From Rhodoferax sp. (GTDB lineage: Bacteria; Pseudomonadota; Gammaproteobacteria; Burkholderiales; Burkholderiaceae_C), in contig JALNWC010000001.1 in the NCBI GenBank assembly GCA_023231075.1, positions 1 to 39,858 on the forward strand: a stretch of DNA of 39,858 nt, given 5' to 3'. Each line of letters opens with the position of its first letter. The first letter of the stretch is position 1. Below are positions 26,508 through 33,808 of this stretch, one piece after another. Below the pieces are notes generated by a model. It did no database searches. It was not told where the DNA came from and saw only the letters and a list, made by a program, of their open reading frames with translations. Made by a program: the position numbers and the translations under genes.

Positions 26508-27785
26508 TTAGGCAAAGTCCAGTTCTTTCAGCGCGGCCACCACGCTGATGCCCTTGGACTTAGCCAGGGCCTGCGCCTCGGAGGCTTTCTGGGCGGCAGT
26601 TTTGGTCACCTCCACCGTGGCGGCGGGCACCAGTGGCAGCGGTGCGGGCGCATCTGCAGCCAGGGCGGCGGCCTGCGCATTGCGCTGCTGCTTTTCGGCG
26701 GCCAGCACCGCCATGGCGGCGTCGCCTGCGGTGCTGTGGCCGTCAAATTTCAGCGCGGCAATCAGCGCGTCATGGCCGGGCACGGCCTGCGCCTCAATGG
26801 CCTGAATGCGCGCGCGCTCTTGCGCCGCGCCCTCGGCTTGCACGGCGGCCAGCACATCGGGTGCCTCGGCCGCGAGTTGTTCACGGGTAATGGGCATTGC
26901 TGCTCCTTGAAGTTTGGGTTTGTGCGCCACACCGGCGCGGGGAGGTTTGCCGCTTGCGCGGTCTTGATTGAGCTGGCCTATGAGCGCGTCGAGGGTGGCA
27001 ACACCGTCCACCAGCCCCGCGTCAATGGCCTGCTGCCCGATAAAAATACGGCCGTCGGCCATGTCGGCCAACACCTTGTCAGCACTCACACCGCGCTGCT
27101 TGGCCACGGCATCCACAAACAGTGCATACGTGTAATCCACCTGGTCCTGAATGGTCTGGCGGCCTTCCTTGCTCAGCGGCTCATAGCTGCTGGCAATGCG
27201 CTTGTATTTGCCCGCGGCAATCTCGGTGGTCTTGATGCCCTGCGTGGCCTGGGCCTTGGAGACATCAGTGTGTGTGGCCACCACACCAATCGAGCCCACC
27301 ACGGTGGTGGCGTCGGTGATGTAAACGGTGTTGGCCGCCGAGCCAATCCAGTACGCCGCGCTGGCCATGGTGCCGCTGGCCAGTGCCACCACGGGTTTGT
27401 CGGCGCCGGCCACCAGGTCCGCCAGGCTGATGGTGCCGTCCACCGTGCCGCCGGGGCTGTCGATGGCCAGGATGATGCTGTGCACGGCGGGGTCGGCCAG
27501 GGCGGCCTTGAAGTCGCGCCCCACCAGCTCGGTGCTCACACCGCCGCTGATCTGGCTAAACAGGTTGGCGCGCTTGGCAATCACGCCGTCCAGCGCCAGC
27601 ACGGCCACGCCGTCAATCGTCTCGTAACCCTTGGGCTCGTTGGCCAGCGGGCGGCCCAGCTTGGCCTCCAGGGCGGCAATGTCGATCTTGTCACCGCGCA
27701 AGTGCGTGGCATAGATGGCCTGAATCTCAAGCAGCTTGGCCGGCTCTATGGCCCATGGGGCGGTCAGGACGTCGAGTAATTTCAT
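26508..27785 (-). CDS. S49 (SppA-like) prohead protease with C-terminal scaffold region
   Basis: IDSPGG, MASAAYWIGS, VGSIGV, AGKYK, GLVDGV. AGGAG before an internal ATG (MPITREQ, ~26897) suggests a Nu3-like nested scaffold. Confidence 0.92.
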   Translation of the reverse strand: MKLLDVLTAPWAIEPAKLLEIQAIYATHLRGDKIDIAALEAKLGRPLANEPKGYETIDGVAVLALDGVIAKRANLFSQISGGVSTELVGRDFKAALADPAVHSIILAIDSPGGTVDGTISLADLVAGADKPVVALASGTMASAAYWIGSAANTVYITDATTVVGSIGVVATHTDVSKAQATQGIKTTEIAAGKYKRIASSYEPLSKEGRQTIQDQVDYTYALFVDAVAKQRGVSADKVLADMADGRIFIGQQAIDAGLVDGVATLDALIGQLNQDRASGKPPRAGVAHKPKLQGAAMPITREQLAAEAPDVLAAVQAEGAAQERARIQAIEAQAVPGHDALIAALKFDGHSTAGDAAMAVLAAEKQQRNAQAAALAADAPAPLPLVPAATVEVTKTAAQKASEAQALAKSKGISVVAALKELDFA

Positions 27786-27789
27786 GATG

Positions 27790-27841
27790 CCTGACTTTAA
27801 AAAAATCAGGCTGTCTCAAATAGGGCAAATTGAGACGACTT
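27790..27841 (-). promoter_or_regulatory. late promoter candidate, copy 1 of a 52-bp exact repeat
   Basis: Dyad GTCTCA-N12-TGAGAC, then -10-like TAAAGT 8 nt before the protease ATG. Identical to 35983-36034. Confidence 0.75.
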
Positions 27842-27901
27842 TAAAAAAATCTCAAACGCGGCCAGGGCCAGTACCTCTTTTTTGTGCTCACGGATTAAAA
27901 C

Positions 27902-28156
27902 TCATGAACTGCGGCGCTCCCGGTCTATGGACCGATCAATAAAAGGATGCACCTGCTCATGCTCCCACTGCTTCTTGCAGTGGTCGGGCTGCCAGAAAAA
28001 CAGCATGTTGATGAAGGCAGCAGTCCATCCCCAAACGGGATGGTCTCGGACATCCATGCGGTATGCACGGGAGGATAGGGTCTCGTAAAACGTCCCTCCG
28101 GTCAGCCGGTTAGCAACCCGGTCGATCCACACAAGCGCATCGAGTAGCATGCTCAT
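27902..28156 (-). CDS. small phage protein of the DxxxN-GG-ETLSSRAYR-LFFWQ-HC type
   Basis: 84 aa with a recognisable motif pattern, abutting the upstream gene. Confidence 0.7.
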   Translation of the reverse strand: MSMLLDALVWIDRVANRLTGGTFYETLSSRAYRMDVRDHPVWGWTAAFINMLFFWQPDHCKKQWEHEQVHPFIDRSIDRERRSS

Positions 28157-28609
28157 TTACAGCCCCAGCTTGGCTTTTTCGTCCCGGCTCCATTGCCGGC
28201 ATGCCTCGACGTAGTCGCCAAACGCCAGAAGCTCAGCTTGCTCGCCCGGCTCAAACGTATAAGCCCCCAGCGCAACACCTACGCCAATGCGCGCAAATTT
28301 TGCCTCGTCGCTCATGCTGTAGCGGCCGCGGATTTGTTGTTCGGTGCGCTCGTAAATCAGTTGCACATGCGGGCTGGCCGCTTTGATGCGCGCCACCAGG
28401 TCATCACCCAGCGCCACCGGCTGTGGGTTGATCTCGCTCGGTTGCGTGGGCAGCGTCAATCCATCCGGCACGGCCACGTAGGTGGTGCCGTCAAGCGTGC
28501 ACAACTCGGTGCAGCGCAGGCTGTCGTCCGCGCCCTGGTTGTCTGGCAGCGCCATTTGAATGATGGTGTGCGGTGTGGAAAACTTTTGGTAGGCGTAGAT
28601 AGAGGTCAT
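28157..28609 (-). CDS. hypothetical protein downstream of DGR RT (possible fibre-assembly factor)
   Basis: 150 aa, AAGGA SD, IRGRYSMSDE...YVEACR. Its 5' 119 bp overlap the RT 3' end. Confidence 0.7.
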   Translation of the reverse strand: MTSIYAYQKFSTPHTIIQMALPDNQGADDSLRCTELCTLDGTTYVAVPDGLTLPTQPSEINPQPVALGDDLVARIKAASPHVQLIYERTEQQIRGRYSMSDEAKFARIGVGVALGAYTFEPGEQAELLAFGDYVEACRQWSRDEKAKLGL

Positions 28610-29561
28610 GGTGCTTTTCCTTCAGGTAAGTTAAAAGTGGTTTAAACGAGCAGGTGCGCCGTGCATGTCCCAGGCGCGACACCACGCCCTCCATGCGGTC
28701 ACGGCGGGCGTCGGTGCGCATGGCGCGGATGACGTGCGGGCGCACAAAACGCCCGCACGCCCAGGTGCGAAATCCGCAAAAGTTGGCTCCCCGTTTCACC
28801 GGGTGCAGGCTGTAGTGGCTGATCTCCAGGCCCAGCCCAGCCAGGTGCGTGCGTATGGCCGCCAGCCAGGCGGCACCGGTGGTGCGGTCGGGGGCCAGCA
28901 TGATGCTGTCATCCATGTAACGGCCATAGTGCGGCACCTTGAGGGTGCGCTTGCAAAACTGGTCGAGGCTGTTGAGGTAGATGTTGGCAAAGGTCTGACT
29001 CATCAAGTTGCCAATGGGCACGCCGGTGGGGCTGTCGCGGTGAGCAAACATGGCTAGCAGCGCCAGGGTGTCTTGGCACTTGATGACACGCGCCAACAGC
29101 GCTTGCAGGGTGTCGCGGTCGATGCTGTAAAAAAACTTGCGCACATCCACATGCAGCACCCATGCGCTGCGCGGGGCCTGGCGAATCACGCCTTGCAGCC
29201 AGTCGGCGGCCTGGTGCGTGCCACGGCCCACGCGACAGGCAAAGCTGGTGTCGATGTAACGGCGCTCGAACAACGGGGCGATGACGGCGTACACCGCATG
29301 TTGCACTACCAAGTCGCGGAACGCCGGCGCTTCAATCAGACGTGGCTTGCGGCCGTCTGTCACCCAAAATCGGTTGCATGGCTTCGGTTTATAGTTTCCG
29401 GTTCGCAACTCGCGCTCCAACGTGTCCAGGTTAGTGCCCAGGTTGCGGCCAAACTCAAAACAGGCACGGTGGCTGCGCTTGCGGTCACCGGCTTTGTGGA
29501 ATGCAGCCAGCAGCGCGGCTTGCGTGCAGATGTGCGGGTACAGGTTTCCAGTGCGTTTCAT
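28491..29561 (-). CDS. brt: DGR reverse transcriptase
   Basis: KPRLIEAPAFRDLVVQHA, DVRKFFYSID, GVPIGNLMSQTFANIYL (DGR-type SQ motif), YGRYMDD. No maturase or endonuclease domain. ATG at 29561 (MKRTGNLY). Confidence 0.95.
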   Translation of the reverse strand: MKRTGNLYPHICTQAALLAAFHKAGDRKRSHRACFEFGRNLGTNLDTLERELRTGNYKPKPCNRFWVTDGRKPRLIEAPAFRDLVVQHAVYAVIAPLFERRYIDTSFACRVGRGTHQAADWLQGVIRQAPRSAWVLHVDVRKFFYSIDRDTLQALLARVIKCQDTLALLAMFAHRDSPTGVPIGNLMSQTFANIYLNSLDQFCKRTLKVPHYGRYMDDSIMLAPDRTTGAAWLAAIRTHLAGLGLEISHYSLHPVKRGANFCGFRTWACGRFVRPHVIRAMRTDARRDRMEGVVSRLGHARRTCSFKPLLTYLKEKHHDLYLRLPKVFHTAHHHSNGAARQPGRGRQPALHRVVHA

Positions 29562-29825
29562 GGGCAGATGGCCTTGGCGATCATGCGCATACGCATCCAA
29601 TGCAAGCATTTCTCAGTCACAGCACTGGGCATCAGCGCCACAAACAAGAGCGCAGCAAGAAACACCGCGACTTGAAATAACGCGACAAACCCAATTTTCG
29701 CAAGGGCAGCAACACGGCTGGCGACAGCTACCGAAGGGGTTTGTTGCAAAACATTTCGCCGCAAGGCACGACGGAGGCTCCCTCTTTGCCAGACGGTACA
29801 CACCGCATGAGGCGTATATGGCATA
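29562..29825 (-). other. DGR spacer between TR and RT, structured RNA candidate
   Basis: Pairing arms GCAACAAACCC (29737-29747) and GGGTTTGTCGC (29682-29692). TGCCA...TGGCA hairpin directly after TR. Confidence 0.55.
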
Positions 29826-29946
29826 GAGTCGCAGGCAAAGCCAACGTTGTTGTTGGCGTTCGTCCGGTTGTTGTTGAGATTGCGATTGCGAGACCCGGCA
29901 TTGCTGCCGTTGTTCCAATTGCCACGAGAAATCACACAGAGCATGT
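29826..29946 (-). ncRNA. DGR template repeat (TR)
   Basis: 121-bp copy of VR with 13 AAY codons. All 17 mismatches to VR are at TR adenines. Confidence 0.96.
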
Positions 29947-30368
29947 TAAGCCTCCACCGCATTCTGGGGCGTGAGCCCCTGAATTTCTGACCTGACCCAG
30001 CCACCAATCATGCGGCCCAGTTCGTCCACCATTTTCAAAATAGTCAGGAAACGGTGCGCGCCCGGCTCCTTCGCATCCTTGCGGCTCAGGCTGTAGTTGA
30101 ACAGCCCCATTTCATTGGCCAGGTGAATCATCATGCGCAGCTGCTCGTGGCGCACGTCCAGTTGGGTCAGGCTTGTTTTTTTGAAGTACCGTTTTTGGCA
30201 CTCGGTCACCAGGTTGTAAACGTCCAAAAACGCTTGCCGAATGCCTTGCGTTAGGGTGTATTTGTGGCAGTTGGGAAAGTGGGCCAGGTAGCCCTCCAAC
30301 TGCACCGCAAACAGCACCAGCTTTCGGTGCAGTCCGGCCTCAGCATGAATGGATGTTTTTTGTGCCAT
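29946..30368 (-). CDS. avd: DGR accessory variability determinant (Avd, four-helix bundle)
   Basis: FPNCHKYTLTQGIR...KKTSLTQLDVRHEQLRMMIHLA...VDELGRMIGGW, between VR and TR. Confidence 0.93.
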   Translation of the reverse strand: MAQKTSIHAEAGLHRKLVLFAVQLEGYLAHFPNCHKYTLTQGIRQAFLDVYNLVTECQKRYFKKTSLTQLDVRHEQLRMMIHLANEMGLFNYSLSRKDAKEPGAHRFLTILKMVDELGRMIGGWVRSEIQGLTPQNAVEA

Positions 30369-30376
30369 GGTGGGTT

Positions 30377-30402
30377 TGTCCTTATCGCTATCGCTCAGGA
30401 CA
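30377..30402 (-). other. hairpin downstream of VR (candidate retrohoming recognition element)
   Basis: TGTCCT-GAGCGATAGCGATA-AGGACA, 2 nt after the target stop codon. Confidence 0.6.
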
Positions 30403-30404
30403 CA

Positions 30405-32216
30405 TTACAAATACGAGGCGCAGGCAAAGCCAACGAGGTTGCTGGCGGCCGACCGGTAGCTGTCGAGATGGCGATTGCGAGACCCGGCATTGCTGCCGAG
30501 GTACCAACCGCCACGAGAAACCACACAGAGCATGTCCACAATCCTTTGGTTAAAGCGATCGGTGCCCATGGCGTTGCTGCCTGCGGTACTCATGCCGGCT
30601 GCGGCGGGCAGGCCCAGCATCGCCAGCGCGCGGCCGTTGGCGGTACTCATGTCAAACACGGCATTGGCACCATTGCCATACCGCTGGTCATAAATATTGT
30701 TGGGGTACGTGGTGGCAAAGTTGAGCGTGACCGCATCAAACTGCGCCGCCACGCCCGTGGCACCCCAGTGGTCGGTAGCCAGCGTAACGCCTGATGTCAC
30801 GGCGGCAATGTCCACCGACTCTTTCAGCGTGTAAAACGTGCCGTTGGCGACCGTGCCGCCTGAGGTCCAGGCGGTAAACGCCGTGCCATCCACGCCGTTG
30901 AGCGTGATCGTGTTGGCATCCACTACGGTGACCACGTAAATCTTGCCGTTAAGCTGCGTCATGCCCGCCACAGCGTCAATCTGCACATAGTCACCCGTGG
31001 TGCGGCCATGCGTGGCCACAGTGAGCGCCACCGGGTTGGCCTGGGTGGCGCCGGTGATGGCCTTGCTTGTGGCAATGCACGTCAGGCCTGGGTTGATCTT
31101 GTAGATGTTGCCTGCCACGTCGGCAATGCCGCAAGCCTGGCCGTTGTGGGTGGTGCGCGCAAATACCGAGCCGCTGCCGGTCTTGGCAAAGTAGGGTACC
31201 GTGGTGGCGCCTGCGCTGGTGAACGTTACCGCGCCAGCGCCGTTTTGCAGCACGTCGGCCTCTGACTTTAGCGCGCTGTTGTCATTGCCCTTGGGGTAGT
31301 TTCGCACGCCGGTAGCGTCGTACCAGGCGCAGTAGGTGGCGCTGGTGGCAGCTTGGGCAATCCAGTCGCTGATGTCGCTTAGGGCGGAGGCGATGAACAC
31401 GCTTTCCGGGAAAAACTTGTTGCCCCGGCTCTTGGCCGCTTGCAGCGCGCCATAGTAAAAATTGCCCGGCGTCTGGCCGTTGGCAGTGCAGCCGACAAAA
31501 CCAATCTGCTGCGACACCGTGCCGGTGCCTGTGCCCACACCTGTGGCGGTAAAGCGCAGGCCAACGGTGTTGCTGGCAGCGCCGATCAGGGTAAAGTCCG
31601 TGGTGCCCACCGACAAAATGGTGTACACCCGCGCCGCCACCGTGGCTGTGGCGGCTTCGGGTTGTGGCCCGGAGACCATGGGCATCACATTTGGGAGGCT
31701 ACTGGCGATGGTGCCGTTTTGCGAACAGTCGTATTTGTCGCGGAAAAAACCGGGTTGAACGGCGCCTGCGTTGATGAATGCGCGGTGGCGGTAGTAACCC
31801 TCGGCATTGGCGGTGGCGTCGTCAGGGAAAGTGTCGATGGCCACAATGCTGACACTGTTGACACCATAGATTCCATAAGTGGGGTTGTCAGGATGGCCGC
31901 GGCGAATCCAGAATGCCGGAACCCACACCGTGATGGAGCCGTCCCGCACATACTGGTAATTTCCGTAGTTGGCAGACAACACATCGCTGTAACCTGGCAG
32001 CGGCAGGTAGCCGTCAGGCAGGGCGGGGCAAATTCCAACGCCGGAACCGGCGGCGCCGGGGGTGCCGATGTTGTTGGCTGGCGTTGCACCAAAAGCGTCA
32101 AGCCAACTAATGTCAAGCCGCGCATTTGCGTCCGCCACAGGGCTGCGCCCGGCGGCGGCGGTCAAACTTGAGGGGCGGTAGCCGTGGGCGTTTAATTGTC
32201 CGTGGTTGATGCTCAT
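30405..32216 (-). CDS. DGR target protein (Mtd-like, C-type lectin/FGE-type fold with C-terminal VR)
   Basis: GFFRDKYDCS, THNGQACGIADVAGNIY, and C-terminal SRGGWYLGSNAGSR...VGFACASYL. ATGA-coupled start at 32216. Confidence 0.92.
   Translation of the reverse strand: MSINHGQLNAHGYRPSSLTAAAGRSPVADANARLDISWLDAFGATPANNIGTPGAAGSGVGICPALPDGYLPLPGYSDVLSANYGNYQYVRDGSITVWVPAFWIRRGHPDNPTYGIYGVNSVSIVAIDTFPDDATANAEGYYRHRAFINAGAVQPGFFRDKYDCSQNGTIASSLPNVMPMVSGPQPEAATATVAARVYTILSVGTTDFTLIGAASNTVGLRFTATGVGTGTGTVSQQIGFVGCTANGQTPGNFYYGALQAAKSRGNKFFPESVFIASALSDISDWIAQAATSATYCAWYDATGVRNYPKGNDNSALKSEADVLQNGAGAVTFTSAGATTVPYFAKTGSGSVFARTTHNGQACGIADVAGNIYKINPGLTCIATSKAITGATQANPVALTVATHGRTTGDYVQIDAVAGMTQLNGKIYVVTVVDANTITLNGVDGTAFTAWTSGGTVANGTFYTLKESVDIAAVTSGVTLATDHWGATGVAAQFDAVTLNFATTYPNNIYDQRYGNGANAVFDMSTANGRALAMLGLPAAAGMSTAGSNAMGTDRFNQRIVDMLCVVSRGGWYLGSNAGSRNRHLDSYRSAASNLVGFACASYL
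30415..30535 (-). repeat. DGR variable repeat (VR)
   Basis: Aligns without gaps to TR at offset 589 and encodes the last ~40 residues of the target. Confidence 0.96.
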
Positions 32217-32494
32217 TGCTTCACCCACGCGGTTTCGCTGGTCAAAAGGCCGGCGGTGTAGCCAAAGGTTTTGACCCAGGTCCCGACGCCGTCTGTGGCC
32301 GTGTCTGTGGTCAGATCGCCACCTGTGAAACCGTAGATGTGGCTACAGGCGTCCGGATTAAAAAGCGCCCCGGTGGAGTCTGGTACTAACGATCCTCCTC
32401 CCGCGTAGGCCTGGCCGGTGGCGGGGTCGAGTAGCACGACGGCTTGCGGGCTCAAGGTGCGCGTGGCACCAGGTACATCAATAAATTCAGACAT
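32213..32494 (-). CDS. small structural-like protein coupled to the DGR target
   Basis: GGAG SD, MSEFIDVPG...WVKTFGYTAGLLTSETAWVKQ, ATGA overlap with the target. Confidence 0.65.
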   Translation of the reverse strand: MSEFIDVPGATRTLSPQAVVLLDPATGQAYAGGGSLVPDSTGALFNPDACSHIYGFTGGDLTTDTATDGVGTWVKTFGYTAGLLTSETAWVKQ

Positions 32495-32575
32495 TATCAA
32501 ACTCCGTCAAAAAAAATCTTACATATGGTTCTGTCACAATAATTTCCCCTCGGCCACGCAAAGCTACGTTTTGGT

Positions 32576-33019
32576 TTATTTTGGCCAAGCCTCTTGCATC
32601 AATTGGATGTCAGAGTGGCACTGGTCAGCATCCCGCGCCATTTGTTGAATAAATTCTGAGCTTGCTGCGACCACGGAATCGTAGGCGGCGACGACTGAAT
32701 TACAGGCTGTGGGGTCGTCGAAAGCGGCTCGCGCGGAGGAAGTGGATGCGATGCGCAACCCGTTGCCAGCATTACGACTACCATCAAAATCGACACGAAC
32801 ACGCACGCTACGCTTTGCCGAAGCAGCCTGCGCAGCCGCGACTTGCGACATACTTCGCTCAAGCGTCGCCCTTGCAGCCCGTTGTATTTCAATTCGCTCT
32901 TGAGCATGGTTCAACTCCTGTTTTGTGATATTTCCCGCTTGCAGTTGCCATGCCAGCCCGAAGCCCGCCAAGCCAGAAACGATAGCCGACACCAAGGCAA
33001 TGATCAGGGTGGGGTTCAT
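32576..33019 (-). CDS. i-spanin (Rz-like)
   Basis: N-terminal TM segment plus coiled coil, ATGA-coupled to the endolysin. Confidence 0.8.
   Translation of the reverse strand: MNPTLIIALVSAIVSGLAGFGLAWQLQAGNITKQELNHAQERIEIQRAARATLERSMSQVAAAQAASAKRSVRVRVDFDGSRNAGNGLRIASTSSARAAFDDPTACNSVVAAYDSVVAASSEFIQQMARDADQCHSDIQLMQEAWPK
32599..32907 (-). CDS. o-spanin (Rz1-like lipoprotein) embedded in Rz; start uncertain
   Basis: Alternate frame with hydrophobic stretch, lipobox LATG-C, and Pro-rich mature part. Confidence 0.7.
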   Translation of the reverse strand: MLKSELKYNGLQGRRLSEVCRKSRLRRLLRQSVACVFVSILMVVVMLATGCASHPLPPREPLSTTPQPVIQSSPPTIPWSQQAQNLFNKWRGMLTSATLTSN

Positions 33020-33522
33020 TGCAGGGCCATGCAAGCCGCATGCCGTTTGCGTTGCCGCGTCCACACGCCTGCACACACCTTATTGCCAGGGATCGAGCAG
33101 TCAAAGCCGCCGCTGCGCTTGTACAGCAGTAACGCGTGGCAGGCGGCGGGGTGGCGGTTGGCCAGCAGCTCGCGGCGCATGCTTGATTTAAGCCATGCCC
33201 CAGTGCCGTATTGGTACACCCAATCCATATACAGGTCGTACTCACCCTGGCTCAACTCAACGCCAGGCAGCGACGCCTGAAATACCTTTTCTTCTTTGCT
33301 GATGTGCGCCCGCATGGTCACCAGGGCGCGTACCGGCGTGGTGGTGTCACCCAACCTGACCGGCGTGCCGTCCGCGTGAAACGTGCTACCAAAACCCAGC
33401 GTCGGGCGGTCGTTCTGGGTCGGGATCATGGCGCTGCCCGCATAGTGCTCGCTCACAGCGATGCCAATCAGCGCCGATGCACTCAAGGTCAGGCTGGCGA
33501 CGGCGATGCGGTAAATGCTCAC
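33016..33522 (-). CDS. endolysin, GH24 lysozyme with probable SAR domain
   Basis: Weakly hydrophobic N-terminus, then E...DRPTLGFGST, YQYGTGA, SSMRR, CAGVWTRQ. GTG start. Confidence 0.88.
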   Translation of the reverse strand: MSIYRIAVASLTLSASALIGIAVSEHYAGSAMIPTQNDRPTLGFGSTFHADGTPVRLGDTTTPVRALVTMRAHISKEEKVFQASLPGVELSQGEYDLYMDWVYQYGTGAWLKSSMRRELLANRHPAACHALLLYKRSGGFDCSIPGNKVCAGVWTRQRKRHAACMALQ

Positions 33523-33558
33523 AACCACCCCCACAAGTCCCACAACTCCAGCCAGGCC

Positions 33559-33789
33559 TCAAGCCACATCTTGGTGATTTCGCTCATCACGCCCCCCCTG
33601 CTTGATGTCCCGGTAAATGGCCAGCATCTTGTGCCCGATCATGAGCATGGTGTACAGCAGCGTGCCCCACAACACCAGGTCGGACACCGGCATGCCAACA
33701 ATCGTGGCAATGGAGACAGACACAGGTGGCGCTGATTTGGCAATCATGGCCACGCCAGATTCCGCGGCTTGGGTAGACGTTGGGTTCAT
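33559..33789 (-). CDS. holin
   Basis: 76 aa, 1-2 TM segments, charged C-terminus, upstream of the endolysin. Confidence 0.7.
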   Translation of the reverse strand: MNPTSTQAAESGVAMIAKSAPPVSVSIATIVGMPVSDLVLWGTLLYTMLMIGHKMLAIYRDIKQGGRDERNHQDVA

Positions 33790-33808
33790 GGGTCGGGCTG
33801 TAAATAAT

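Noticed and set aside
28491-29609. RT as group II intron, retron or Abi RT; track start at 29609
   Set aside because: The SQ motif, size, adjacent avd and TR/VR pair identify a DGR. MKRTGNLY at 29561 is the more typical start.
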